Below, one piece after another: positions 10,067-21,261 of a stretch of DNA of 64,000 nucleotides. Location of the stretch: assembly GCA_026003615.1 (NCBI GenBank), contig BPHQ01000002.1:407674-471673 (forward strand), written 5' to 3'. Position 1 is the first letter of the stretch; each line of letters opens with the position of its first letter. The notes under the pieces are model-generated. The model was not told the DNA's origin and made no database searches. It saw only the letters and a list, made by a program, of their open reading frames with translations. The position numbers and the translations under genes were made by a program. Source of the DNA: Bellilinea sp. Lineage in GTDB: Bacteria > Chloroflexota > Anaerolineae > Anaerolineales > Anaerolineaceae.

Positions 10067-11662
10067 CTAAGGCAAACTCCCAATGACATCAAATGTATCC
10101 AATACCTGATCAAAGGCTTGAAGGTCGGCATCCGTCATGGCATTGAACAACACGGATACCAGCAAAGAGGTTTTATTCACCTTGGGACGGGCGGTTAACA
10201 CAACAAACAGGTTGCCCGCACCGTCACAGTTTTTGTAGACATCAAAGGAGCCTTCAAAAGCATTATCTTCGTAATTTTCGCGATACTCCCATTTGCAGGA
10301 AGATTGGAATATGGACTTGTAATAATCCAACAATTGAATATAACCGGCCAGTTTTGCTACCTCGTCAGACACTCCAAAGAAAATGCCGGGTTCATCAAAT
10401 GCGTTATTGAAGCGGTCTAAATCCGCTGCAGCGCTGATCGCAGAACCAATCACTTCACCATCTGAAACCCACGGAGAGCCATCCACCTGTGTCCATGTAG
10501 AAGGTATAGCCACTTGAATAGCCCCATAATCATCCTGCACCAGCACATAATCGCCATAGGCCTGTCCACTTCCGCCAGAAACATCCTCTTCTAATTGCTG
10601 AGCAAAGGAATAACTGGTTTCCAGCACTTTTCCGTTCAACTCACCTCTCAGGAACTCCTGAGTGGAAAATCGCAAAACCTCAACCGACAGGACATCGCTG
10701 GCACTGCGAGTTCTCAAAATACTGCAATAATCACTCATTGTTCCATCGGTGGCCAAGACCAGATTCTCCATCATGGTAATGATGTCGCCGGCCTGGATAC
10801 CTGTTTTACCGGCAGGTGAACCAGACTTCACCGAGGACACCCAAATACCCGAAAGGCTGCCATCTTCTGATACAACTGCCTGACCATTGATACCGATCGA
10901 CTCGAAATCCTGTCCGGATCGCAAAGTTTCAATCACCTGGCGCGCTTCTTTTGCCCGGATGGCAAAATTTTGATCCAGTTGATCATTGCCCGCGTAATTG
11001 ATTCCGACGATCTCAGCATTCATATTGACCAGCGGCCCCCCGGAATTGCCACCGCGAATACGGGCATCATGCTCAATCACCGCCGGGACAGAGGCCCAAC
11101 TTGTTTCTCCATCCGCATTGGCTTTGGACACAATCCCCTTCGTTAAAGTGTATTCCGTGTTACCAAAGACAGGAAAACCAGCCGCATAGACTTCTAAACC
11201 CGGAATAATTTCGCCCTCGTAGAAATTCAAGAACGGGAAATCTTCACCTTCTATATCAATCACTGCAAGGTCCCAACACTCCGAAACGCCTAAAATCCGT
11301 GCGTTGCGCGGGCGAGTATCACCTTCTATATATACTCTTAACAGGGCTGCTCCAGTAACAACATGATTATTGGTCACTGCAATTCCGGAAGGATCAATAA
11401 TAAAACCAGAACCCTGTCCCGCTACGTTATAAACACTCCCAAACTCGGGGTCCACAAAACTACCTTCGGCCACAATGCGAATGGTAGCACTGCGTAACAG
11501 GCTAAGTACATCCACTTGTTGGGTGGGTGTGGCCTGCGGAGCAGCAGTGGGTAGCTCCACCGGCGGGTTGGTCGGTGCCGAAGTTGGTTGACTGGCCGGT
11601 GCACACGCCACTAACAGGCTTATGATTAAAATTAATATCCCCAAATAATGAGCGCGCCTCAT
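10067..11662 (-). CDS. HtrA/DegP-like trypsin serine protease lipoprotein with PDZ domain
   Basis: GSGFII, TNNHVV, DLAVI, GNSGGPL triad motifs; PDZ (GSPAGKTGIQAGDII); lipobox LVAC. Confidence 0.9.
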   Translation of the reverse strand: MRRAHYLGILILIISLLVACAPASQPTSAPTNPPVELPTAAPQATPTQQVDVLSLLRSATIRIVAEGSFVDPEFGSVYNVAGQGSGFIIDPSGIAVTNNHVVTGAALLRVYIEGDTRPRNARILGVSECWDLAVIDIEGEDFPFLNFYEGEIIPGLEVYAAGFPVFGNTEYTLTKGIVSKANADGETSWASVPAVIEHDARIRGGNSGGPLVNMNAEIVGINYAGNDQLDQNFAIRAKEARQVIETLRSGQDFESIGINGQAVVSEDGSLSGIWVSSVKSGSPAGKTGIQAGDIITMMENLVLATDGTMSDYCSILRTRSASDVLSVEVLRFSTQEFLRGELNGKVLETSYSFAQQLEEDVSGGSGQAYGDYVLVQDDYGAIQVAIPSTWTQVDGSPWVSDGEVIGSAISAAADLDRFNNAFDEPGIFFGVSDEVAKLAGYIQLLDYYKSIFQSSCKWEYRENYEDNAFEGSFDVYKNCDGAGNLFVVLTARPKVNKTSLLVSVLFNAMTDADLQAFDQVLDTFDVIGSLP

Positions 11663-11895
11663 TTTTTCCTCCAATGGCTGGTAAATTTGATGAAAATTCT
11701 TAATATTGATTTTACTACCTAACAATCCAGTGGATAAAGGATGATTTTCTTTTTCACCCCATTTGGGAAAAACAAGTGATGCAAAAAATAATAAGGCTTT
11801 AAGTTCTTTACTTTAATTGTAAATTTTCTTACAATAAGGCCAACACCCCAATTTTCAAGGCAAAAAGAAAGCCCTTTTCGAATTGGTTAACAAAG

Positions 11896-12543
11896 ATGGA
11901 AAATTTTTCAAGTAGTTTTTCATTCCAGCATCATTTTCGTTTTATCAATTCCTTTCAGCTTCAATTTCCGGTTTTCATGAATCTTCCTTATGCTGGAACA
12001 ATCAATCTTAATGAAATCACTTTTGGTTTGTGTGGCGGAATGTGTTTTGCAGCACTGGATTATTTTCATGCAAACCAATTCCCTCCTCCATTTCAAACAC
12101 CTCAAGAAGTTGATCCCCGTTTATTTGGGTTTCTTTGTGATCGCCAGTTAGACAGCCTGAAAATTTTTACCGTACTTAAATTTATGGAATGGATGATCAT
12201 TGACGAAACCCAAATCATTACCCGCATCAAACGTTATGAGTTGCCCAAATTGCGCCGCCTGCTTCAAAAAGGAGAACCAGCCGTATTAGGTTTGGTACGC
12301 GTGCGTGGCATGCAAAGCCCTACCCAAAACCATCAGGTGCTTGCCATTGGTTATGAATTCGATCCCGCTATTGAACAAATTTCAATACACCTGTATGACC
12401 CCAATCACCCGCAGCTCAACCCCAATATCCAATTTTTTACAGGCAAAAATGCTCCACCCCCTGTCCTCACCCAATCTACCGGTGAACCACTGTTTGGCTT
12501 CTTCGTGATTCCTTATCGCTTTCAACAACCACCGCAAACTTAA
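11896..12543 (+). CDS. Hypothetical protein, possible papain-like Cys-His-Asp peptidase fold
   Basis: GLCGGM...NHQVLAIGY...LYDPN pattern. Confidence 0.5.
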   Translation: MENFSSSFSFQHHFRFINSFQLQFPVFMNLPYAGTINLNEITFGLCGGMCFAALDYFHANQFPPPFQTPQEVDPRLFGFLCDRQLDSLKIFTVLKFMEWMIIDETQIITRIKRYELPKLRRLLQKGEPAVLGLVRVRGMQSPTQNHQVLAIGYEFDPAIEQISIHLYDPNHPQLNPNIQFFTGKNAPPPVLTQSTGEPLFGFFVIPYRFQQPPQT

Positions 12544-12648
12544 CTCGTTTTTCCCTTACATGGTTTTTCAGGAAAACGCACAGTCGTTTTCACATTCCAA
12601 ACCCCTTCCATGAAAGGAATAGAGGGACAGCCACTGACCCAAATTAAC

Positions 12649-12802
12649 ACGAGGATGTCGGGTTCATCCTCTTACCTCACCTGTCGGGGCGGGCGGATTT
12701 TATCATCCCTCGATGGGAGAACCGCCGACTAAAATAAAAACGAGGATGTCGGGTTCATCCTCTTACCTCACCTGTCGGGGCGGGCGGATTTGAACCGCCG
12801 AC
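12649..12802. repeat. Tandem direct duplication of tRNA-Pro 3' end plus terminator
   Basis: 52-bp identical copies at 12649-12700 and 12740-12791, both continuing GAACCGCCGAC; the left copy has 18 extra bp (12701-12718). Confidence 0.9.
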
Positions 12803-12821
12803 CTCACGGACCCGAACCGTG
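12775..12821 (-). other. att site: 3' half of tRNA-Pro(CGG)
   Basis: Minus strand CACGG-TTCGGGT-CCGTG-AGGTC-GGCGG-TTCAAAT-CCGCC-CGCCCCG-A. No D-arm or 5' acceptor strand upstream; 27 bp from the integrase stop. Confidence 0.88.
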
Positions 12822-12848
12822 AGATCGGCGGTCGTAACCAAAAAAAAA

Positions 12849-13721
12849 CTAAACCAGATTCCAACACCGAACCGGCGAGGCTATGGAATGGTCATGATCA
12901 ATATCGTTTTGAGCAATTGCCAGATACCTTTTGACCATATCCAGCGTGGAATGGCCTAAAATTTTCTGAAGCGAATAAATATTTCCCCCATTCCTCAGAA
13001 ATTGAATCGCAAAGGTGTGTCTGAAACGGTGAGGGAAGACGTGACTAACCTTGCTCCTTTCACCCAAATCTGCAAGAATTTTTCTCAACTTATATCGATC
13101 CAGCGGCTTTTCGCTCCTCAATGCGAACAGAGGTGCAGATTGAGCGGTATTTTTCCTAACGGATAGATAATTTTCAACCACTCCAATCGTTTCAATGGAT
13201 ATCGGAACCAAGCGTTCTTTTTTCCCTTTTCCAACAACTCTTACGTGTCCCGTAACCCAATTCAAATCGTTTATCAACAGGTTACACAATTCGGTTGATC
13301 TCATTCCTGTATCAACTAGAACGAGAATTATTGCTCGATTTCGCTGAGGATAACGAGATTGTGCAGCACATTCCAACAATGCGTAAATTTCTGTCTTTGA
13401 TAACGGAATAATCGTTTTCTTTTCTGCTACCGGTGCTTTGATCTGGCGAACCGGGTTCTCATTGCATATCCCTTGCTGAATAGCCCACTGCCACAATGCC
13501 GACAAATCGGCATGATAGTTTCGCAAGGTCTTCGCCGAAATCTTCGATTGAGAAGCCATAAACTGAATGATGTGCTGTTTAGTGACGACCCCGATATCCA
13601 CATCTCCGACATGAGCAAGGAACTTTTTGTAAGTTACCCCATAATCCCGGATGGTATGCGGTGAGTACCGCATAGCAATCCGTTCCTCGATAAACTGTTT
13701 GACTGCGGTGCTAAACAACAT
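12849..13721 (-). CDS. Tyrosine recombinase / integrase
   Basis: TGMRSTEL (R), GKGKKER (K), PHRFRHTFA (HxxR), LGHS..MVKRY (H, Y); SD GGAGG. Confidence 0.93.
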   Translation of the reverse strand: MLFSTAVKQFIEERIAMRYSPHTIRDYGVTYKKFLAHVGDVDIGVVTKQHIIQFMASQSKISAKTLRNYHADLSALWQWAIQQGICNENPVRQIKAPVAEKKTIIPLSKTEIYALLECAAQSRYPQRNRAIILVLVDTGMRSTELCNLLINDLNWVTGHVRVVGKGKKERLVPISIETIGVVENYLSVRKNTAQSAPLFALRSEKPLDRYKLRKILADLGERSKVSHVFPHRFRHTFAIQFLRNGGNIYSLQKILGHSTLDMVKRYLAIAQNDIDHDHSIASPVRCWNLV

Positions 13722-14213
13722 GGTATCCTCCGTTAGTAGGTGGTAATTTTTTGGTTTTATGATTCTGCCACCTCAAAACGGTTCTGAAAATTAAAATTTT
13801 TTGCTATACTATTCACCGAAAACAAACCAGCCCCACCGTTATTCCACAGTGAGGCCGTGATGCAGGCGTGGGGGCTTCTAGAATAGTTTCAAATCATCCT
13901 AGCAAATTTTTTCACCGCCCGCAAGTTAGTCCAATATCAGCCACCACTCCATTTCCATAATAACACCACTTTGACAGCAACAACGATGGCATAGGCTGCG
14001 AGTCAAATTAGTGTTTGGTTTTGGTTGATGTTCTGCTAAAAAACAGATATATTTAAGCCAGACATAAATCAGCCTCACCGTGGCATCGGTGAGGCTGAGA
14101 CGGCAACGCGGTGAAGGCGCGTTGCGGCAAAAACAAGCATAGCAAACTTTTGCCGCCCGCGCAAGTCAATCGCAATGCGCGGGCAAGCCACTTGAGCTTG
14201 GGAGGATGGCAAG

Positions 14214-15386
14214 GTGTCTCTATTTTCTAAACCAGCAGGTAATCTAACAGAAGGCGATCTTGTTGATCTCATCACTAACCAAGTGTCTGAAGGAAAACGC
14301 ATTGAATACAAAAGTACGCTTCCTAACTCTACAGAAGAAAGTAAAAAAGAATTTCTTGCGGATGTTTCATCTTTTGCTAATACTCAAGGTGGATTTCTTA
14401 TTTTTGGAATAGACGAAGAAAACGGTTATCCAAAAGAGTTGTCTGGAATTGAGGTGGATGATCCAGATGCTGAAAAATTACGCCTTGAAGATATGATTAG
14501 AAACGGAATCGAACCCCGTATTCCAATGATTTCTATTTCTGCAATACGGTTAGAAAATCAGCATTATGTTTTTGTAATTTACATACCCCAAAGTTTTCTG
14601 CTCCCTCATATGGTGACATTTCGTAATCTCTCCCGTTTTTATGCAAGGAATTCAGCAGGCAAGTATCAAATGGATGTTCAGGAATTACGTCAATCTTTTT
14701 TACTTTCAGAAACCATTGAAAAGAAGATCCATAATTTCAGATTGGATCGTGTTGCACGCATCGCTGCAGATCAAACGCCCGTCAAGCTTGTGGACGGACC
14801 AAGATATGTTATTCATGTAATTCCTTATCCATCTTTTTTTACCAAACTCCCTTATGACATTAGGGAATATCGAGATATTTCAAATAAATGGCTACAACCC
14901 ACAACCACATTTCGATACAATTTAGACGGCTATGTGCGTTACCTTCCAGGAAACGAGGGGGTGTTTGAACGATATTACCAATTCTTCAAGGGTGGCTACC
15001 TTGAAATCACTCTGACCAATTTTGTCAGACAAGTGAAAGATAGATTTTTCGTGAACTCAAGGGATTTAGAAAGGGAGATTATTTTGACGGTTAAGAGTGC
15101 ATTGCAATTCTTAAACGAGTGTAATTTTGAAGCACCACTCTTTGTTTTTCTTTCTCTGATTGGTGTAAAAGGTCTTCCCTTACTAAATTCAAACATTCCT
15201 CAATTAGATTATATAGATTTTACACATGAATTTGACCGTGATCCTATATTGCTCCCTGAACTCTATCTGGAAAGCTATCCTGATGATTACCAGAACCTTC
15301 CCGCTCTTTTGAAGCCACTTATAGATACGATGTGGAATGCAGCTGGAATGGAAGGTTCACCTTACACAAGATCTAATATATCTTGA
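14214..15386 (+). CDS. Schlafen/AlbA_2 domain protein
   Basis: N-terminal EGKRIEYKS...DVSSFANTQGGFLIFGIDE signature; SD GGAGG before GTG; AT-rich. Confidence 0.85.
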   Translation: MSLFSKPAGNLTEGDLVDLITNQVSEGKRIEYKSTLPNSTEESKKEFLADVSSFANTQGGFLIFGIDEENGYPKELSGIEVDDPDAEKLRLEDMIRNGIEPRIPMISISAIRLENQHYVFVIYIPQSFLLPHMVTFRNLSRFYARNSAGKYQMDVQELRQSFLLSETIEKKIHNFRLDRVARIAADQTPVKLVDGPRYVIHVIPYPSFFTKLPYDIREYRDISNKWLQPTTTFRYNLDGYVRYLPGNEGVFERYYQFFKGGYLEITLTNFVRQVKDRFFVNSRDLEREIILTVKSALQFLNECNFEAPLFVFLSLIGVKGLPLLNSNIPQLDYIDFTHEFDRDPILLPELYLESYPDDYQNLPALLKPLIDTMWNAAGMEGSPYTRSNIS

Positions 15387-15558
15387 TATGGATAAGGAAC
15401 TTAAGTCTAAATTCGATAGAACTTTAAGCTTGGATTGCTACCAATCCAAAGGCACCCTCTCTCGAATTTTCCGAACATTGGTTGAATTTTGATGCTACCA
15501 TCGAATCACCAAAATACCAGCGAACTGTAAATTAGCCATTCGGAGCAAATGAAAGACT

Positions 15559-18451
15559 ATGATTTATACCCTCATCGAAGCAAGAAAAAACCAATGGATT
15601 AACTCACCGGATTGCCCCGTGAAAGGCATGGTTGATTTCATGCGCCAGAGAGGGCAATTGCGTGATGCCCAGATTGAAGCCATCGAAACTTACCTGTTCC
15701 TCAAATTCGCTGGCGGAAACAAGCCTATGGCGGAACTGTTTGCAGAAGGTTTCTTTTTTGACCCGCCCCAAGGGCTGGAAAAACTGCACATCAGCCAAGA
15801 TTTACGCGATACCCTCTACGCTAACCCCGCCGCCTGGTCACTTTATCAATTCTCCCGCCTGCCCGATGACAAGGGCAACCCGCTTCTACCCCAACTGCAA
15901 AAAGCCATCGCAGACTCTCCCGCATCTATTGCATACACCGACATCATTAGCAAAATTTTCTACAACGTCACCTATCCCGATTACCTCTTAAGTCTGCCAA
16001 TGGGTGCAGGCAAAACTTTCCTCATTGCTGCGCTGATTTACCTGGATTTGTACTTTGCTAACCAAAATCCGCAAGACCCCCGCTTTGCTCACAACTTCCT
16101 CGTCCTGATTCCATCTGGGTTGAAATCGTCCATCGCCCCCAGCCTGAAAACCATTGAACGTTTTGATCCCACCTGGGTACTGCCTGAACCCACAGCCAGC
16201 AGCATCCGCCGAATGCTGCAATTTGAAGTCCTGGATGCCCCAAAAACGGCCAACAAAAGCAACCGTGTCCGTAACCCGAACGCTCAAAAGGTCAACCTGC
16301 TGATCAGCCAGCCAGAACCAATGGGGCTGGTCTTTCTGGTGAACGCCGAGAAGGTGATTTTAGACCGCCTTGACCTGGATGCCCAATTTGCGCTGATCGA
16401 AAAAACGGATGATGAAAAAGATCGCGCCGCCAATGAGCTGCGTCATCTACTCGGCAAGGTGCCGCGCGTGGGCATTCACATTGATGAAGTCCATCACGCC
16501 ACCGATGATGAGATAAAACTGCGCCAGGTGGTAACCGCTTGGAGCAAAAACGGCGGTGTGGTGAACGTTTTGGGTTATTCCGGCACACCCTACCTCGAAG
16601 GAGCGGAGAAAATTTCCGCTGCCCCCGGCGTGGAATTGCAATTCAACCAGATTACCAACACAGTCTATTATTACCCCCTTATCAAAGCCATCCGGCGTTT
16701 CCTCAAGAAACCGGAAATCAAAACTGCCGAAGGTTTGCCACCCCATGAGATCATCCGGCAGGGGGTTTTGGAGTTTTATCAGAAATACGGTCAGAAAACC
16801 TATCCTGATGGAACGATTGCTAAACTTGCCATCTATTGTGGCACAATTGAACGGCTGGAAGAAGAAATCTACCCTTTCTTGCGAAACGAACTCGGTATTC
16901 CTGAAGAGGACATCCTGAAATTCCATCGCGGTAACAAGCAGTACAAGGTTCCGCAGGAAGCCGCGCTGGAATTTGCCACGCTTGATACACCCACATCCAA
17001 AAAGCGGATTGTTTTGCTGGTCCAGGTGGGTAAGGAAGGCTGGGACTGCCGCTCTCTGACCGGCGTGATTCTCGCTCAGAGGGGCGATAGCCCGACCAAC
17101 ATGGTCTTGCAAATCGCTTGCCGATGCCTGCGCCAGGTAGAGAAAAACGCAGTGGAAACTGCGCTGATCTGGCTGAATAAAGACAACGCCACCACGCTGC
17201 AAAAGCAACTTAAAGCCGAGCAGCGCACCAGTATCCAGGAAATTAATGCGATCACGAAAACCCCCGCCGGAAAGGATATTGACCGCATTTCGCGCGTTGA
17301 ATATCTCAAATTACCGCCGGTGGACTTTTACCAGCTGCGGATTGACTATGGTGCAATCGAAATCGAAAGTAGCCCTGCCCCCGCCGACCGTCTGACTGAC
17401 CTATTCAACAACCTGAACGATTACCGCCGCTATGGACAAACCCAGAGCGGGACGCTGAACGGTACTCAGGCTGCCGCGCTAACCTTCCACCAAACCGAAG
17501 TGGTGTCGGACATCGCAGGTGAGCGGCTGCGCTTTGACCAGTTGGCTGAACCTGATCGTCCGTGAAGGTTTTGGCAGCGTGACTTTCCGCGACCTGAAAG
17601 CCCATGCGGCCATCCTGACGCAAATTTTTGAAAAAATCACCCTGCCGCAGGACGATGGACGCGCCCTGAATGAACTCTATGACCAGGAACAAATCCGCGC
17701 CAGAGTCCGCGCTGCTTTCTTCTCCCGCCGCCAACTGCAAACCAATGAGGAAGTTATCAAAGAAAATGCCCATCTATTACTGGCTTCCAAACTGACCCCC
17801 GTGAGCGAGAAGAACATTTACCCATCTGAAGCGGATACGCAAACCATCCTGAGCGCAGATGAGCAGGGGAAGACCGGCGAACAACTAGAAAAGGACATTC
17901 AGCAACTCGCCGAAAGCATCCGCCAGCAGCATGCCAGCCTGAACCTGCCGATTGCTGTCAATGTCACCGTGCCGGAGATTACTCTAGCCGTCCGCTGGAA
18001 AGAACGTACACTGCACTACATTCCGTACAGTTTTTCCCAAAGCGACCTAGAGAAGAGCTTTCTGGAAGCCTGCCTGCAATTGAAAGACTTTCAGCAGAAA
18101 AATCTGGAACTGTATTACAACGGTGAACGCGGACTGACCGAATTTGTCATCCAGTGCTATCAGAAAAAGGGCAATTTCTGGAAACGATTGGGTGAATACA
18201 CGCCTGACTTCCTGATTTTACAGCGCAACGCAAACGGTGATCCGCATCGCGTGCTGATTGTGGAAACCAAGGGTACAGGTTATGAGCAATCCTTCAACAC
18301 CCGCCGTCAGTATGTTCAGAGCGACTTCCTACGTCTGAACCGCGACAGGTTTGGTTACGAACGGTTTGATTTTCTCTACATCCGCGAATCTGACCCGCCC
18401 AATGTCCGCCTCGCCCAACTTGCCGAGAAAATCAATACTTTTTTTGAATAA
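15559..18451 (+). pseudogene. Type III restriction endonuclease (Res) subunit, split by a +1 frameshift near 17542
   Basis: LPMGAGKT, DEVHH, SGTP and KEGWD helicase motifs in 15559-17565; YTPDF..VETKG nuclease motif in the next frame. Removing one T from CAG-T-TGG joins them (..FDQ-WLNL..). Confidence 0.8.
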
Positions 18452-18487
18452 TAACCCCTATCAATTAGACTTCCACGAGGAGATTCT

Positions 18488-20391
18488 ATGCCCATTCGAT
18501 ACATCCCCTTCTACCCCGAACCGATTGAAGGACAGGCTCTGCTCAACAACTTTACCCGCACCCGCCGCGCCCTAACTTACCGTGATAACGATAAACCAGT
18601 CCAGCGCCTTTTGCGCGGCATGCCGCTTTATGAAGTAGATAAAGTCGAACAGGTAGGCGATAACCCCCACGGCAATCTGGTGATTCGCGGCGAATGTCTT
18701 GCCGCCTGCGCCTACCTGAAAGACAAAGGGATTCAGGTGGATCTGGTGTACATTGACCCGCCTTTTGCCAGCGGCGCCAACTACGCCAAGAAGATTTACC
18801 TGCGCCGTAACCCGAAGGTAGTGCAAGCCATCGAACAGGCCGAGCAGGAACTGGATGACGAAGAACTGCAAGCCTTTGAAGAAACCATGTACGGCGACAT
18901 CTGGACAAAGGAAGCCTACCTGAACTGGATGTACGAGAACCTGATGGCGATCAAGAGCGTGATGAGCCCTACCGCCAGCATTTATGTTCATTTGGATTGG
19001 CATATTGGGCATTATGTAAAGGTGCTGATGGATGAGATTTTTGGGGAAGATAATTTTTTGAATGAAATTGCTTACTGCTACACTGGACCAACAAATCAAA
19101 AACGAAATTTTCCAAGAAAACACGATATGATACTTCTTTATATAATGGATAATGATAATTATTGTTTCAATGGAGATGAGGTACGTATTCCTTTCAAGAA
19201 GAGTCTGAAATCAGGTGGGAAAACAGCCTTAACAGGAAAGGCTAGCGAAAAAGAACTTGAGGAATTAGACTCTAAAGGGAAGATTCCCGAGGACTGGTGG
19301 GACTGATATTCCTGATATTGGTAAGGCGCATAGTGAAGACTTAGGCTATTCTACTCAAAAAGCGGAGGCATTACTTGAAAGAATCTTAAGGGCCTCAAGC
19401 AACCCCGGCATGATCGTAGCCGACTTCTTTGGCGGCAGCGGGGTCACAGCCAAAGTTGCCCATGATTTAGGACGCCGCTTCATCCACGTGGACGTGGGCA
19501 TCAACAGTATCCAGACCACCCGCGACCGCCTCATCGCCGCCGGGGCGTCCTTTGACATCCTCGAAGTGCGCGATGGCGTGGCGCTCTTCCGCAACCCGGC
19601 CCAAACGATGGAAAAACTCGCCTCGCTCATCCCCAGCTTGGGTAAGGTCAATCGGGCTGAATGACTTTTGGGCAGGCGCAATTCAGCACAGCAAGGATGG
19701 CCTGACTCCCGTTTATCTACCCAACCTACTTGACCACCGCGCCAAACTACTCGACCTGCCTCAGCTGAACCGTATCATCAATGAGCAAATCCCTAACTTG
19801 CCCGATGGAATCAAAAAAGTCATTGTGTATTACGTTGATATTGAAGACGAAAAAGAAGCCCAAGAATTCATCCGCGAGTACGGCAATCCACTGGTAGAGG
19901 TGGAACTGCGCGACCTGAAAGAGGTACTGCACGAAATTGTGTTGAACGATGAGGTGGAATACACCCTGACCAATACCGAAGACGGATGGTGCGTGGAGAT
20001 TACCCGTTTTTACTCGGATCGGATTGCCCAGAAGATTGACGCTCATAACCAAAAACTGCGCCTCAACACGGGCAAAAAGAAAGCCCGTCAAATCACGCTG
20101 GAAGAAGCGGAAAACGGCGAAGAGACCGCCCCAGTCAATTTCTCCCCGATTGAAATCAGCGAAAACGGACTGGAACTGATCGAATTAATCAGTCTGGATT
20201 GCACCGCTGCGGAAGGTGTATGGCACAGCGACAGTGAAATCAAAATAGACAAAAAAGGCTACGTCATCCGCAATGGTACAAAGACGAAAGAGTTTTGGGA
20301 TGGGACAATCACTTCAACTCAAAAACCCTTGCGGATGAAAACCCGCAACATTGCTGGGGATGAGACAATCATTGATATGAATACACATTAG
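18488..20391 (+). pseudogene. Type III R-M N6-adenine methyltransferase (Mod), two +1 frameshifts (near 19301 and 19653)
   Basis: YIDPPF (motif IV) precedes DFFGGSG (motif I), beta class. Removing one base at TGGTGG-G-ACT and one at AAT-C-GGG gives a continuous ORF (DWW-TDIP..YSTQK..; GKVN-GLND). Confidence 0.8.
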
Positions 20392-20398
20392 AGCAAAT

Positions 20399-21259
20399 AT
20401 GGACAAACAATTTCTAGAATCGGATGATGATGGATTGATGATCCGTGAAGCCGGAGAATGGGTAGAAAACAAGCTGTATTTTTTATCCCAGTACCTTCAT
20501 CGCTTCATCGTATCTATGCGGGAAAAACCTTGGCGTTCTATTAATTACATAGATCTGTTTAGTGGGCCGGGCAAAAACAGATTATCAAATGGAAAAATCT
20601 TAAAAGGTTCACCGCTCATTGCAATAAGTCAAGATAAACCTTTTGACAAATACTTTTTTTCTGATATTGATCCAGAAAACATTAAGGTGCTGAAAAAGCG
20701 ATGTCTATCATCGCCGGAATATGACAAAATTTCCTTCTATCAGGAGGACGCAAATATAGCTGTCGAACAGATTGTCCGTATTATTGAAAAGGAAGACCGG
20801 ACTTATATCCCCAATGCTTGGTCATCACTTAATCTCGCATTTCTTGACCCATACGGCATGGAACTGTACTGGCACACGGTTAAATGTCTTGCATCGTTGC
20901 GTACAGATATGATCATTTACTATCCACAAATGGGCATTAGCAGAGAAGCTCCAAGAGAAATCAAACTGCCACCCCCAACACCTATTGATAATTTTTTTGG
21001 TGATACCCAATGGCGCGCCATTTACTACCAAAATCGATCTGCCGGTAAATCTTTGCACCGAATGCTTCTTGACCATTATAAAAACAGATTAGCGGCTTTT
21101 GGTTATCAGGTAAAAGATCCATTGGATGAGCCCTTAATTAGAAACTCAAAAGATGCTCCCCTGTATCGCTTGCTTTTCGCATGCAAATCGGATCTCGGAA
21201 ATAAGTTTTGGAAAGATGTAACGAGAAAAATGGCAAATGGTCAAATGAAGTTATTATAA
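20399..21259 (+). CDS. tcmP: Three-Cys-motif partner protein (methyltransferase-like)
   Basis: WVENKL..YL, YIDLFSGPG, GSP and FLDPYG motifs; directly upstream of a DUF5131 gene, the usual context. Confidence 0.8.
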   Translation: MDKQFLESDDDGLMIREAGEWVENKLYFLSQYLHRFIVSMREKPWRSINYIDLFSGPGKNRLSNGKILKGSPLIAISQDKPFDKYFFSDIDPENIKVLKKRCLSSPEYDKISFYQEDANIAVEQIVRIIEKEDRTYIPNAWSSLNLAFLDPYGMELYWHTVKCLASLRTDMIIYYPQMGISREAPREIKLPPPTPIDNFFGDTQWRAIYYQNRSAGKSLHRMLLDHYKNRLAAFGYQVKDPLDEPLIRNSKDAPLYRLLFACKSDLGNKFWKDVTRKMANGQMKLL

Positions 21260-21261
21260 TA

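Noticed and set aside
12649-12821. CRISPR-like array or an intact tRNA-Pro
   Set aside because: Only two copies, explained by tRNA 3' end plus terminator; the 5' half of the tRNA is missing; no cas genes.
19304-19306. Selenocysteine read-through of the mod TGA, and of the TGA at 49215-49217
   Set aside because: In both cases the conserved protein continues in a different frame, so these are frameshifts.
15559-20391. Phase variation or programmed frameshifting of the type III R-M genes
   Set aside because: The shifts lie in runs of only 2-3 bases with no simple-sequence repeat or slippery heptamer; error or decay is more economical.
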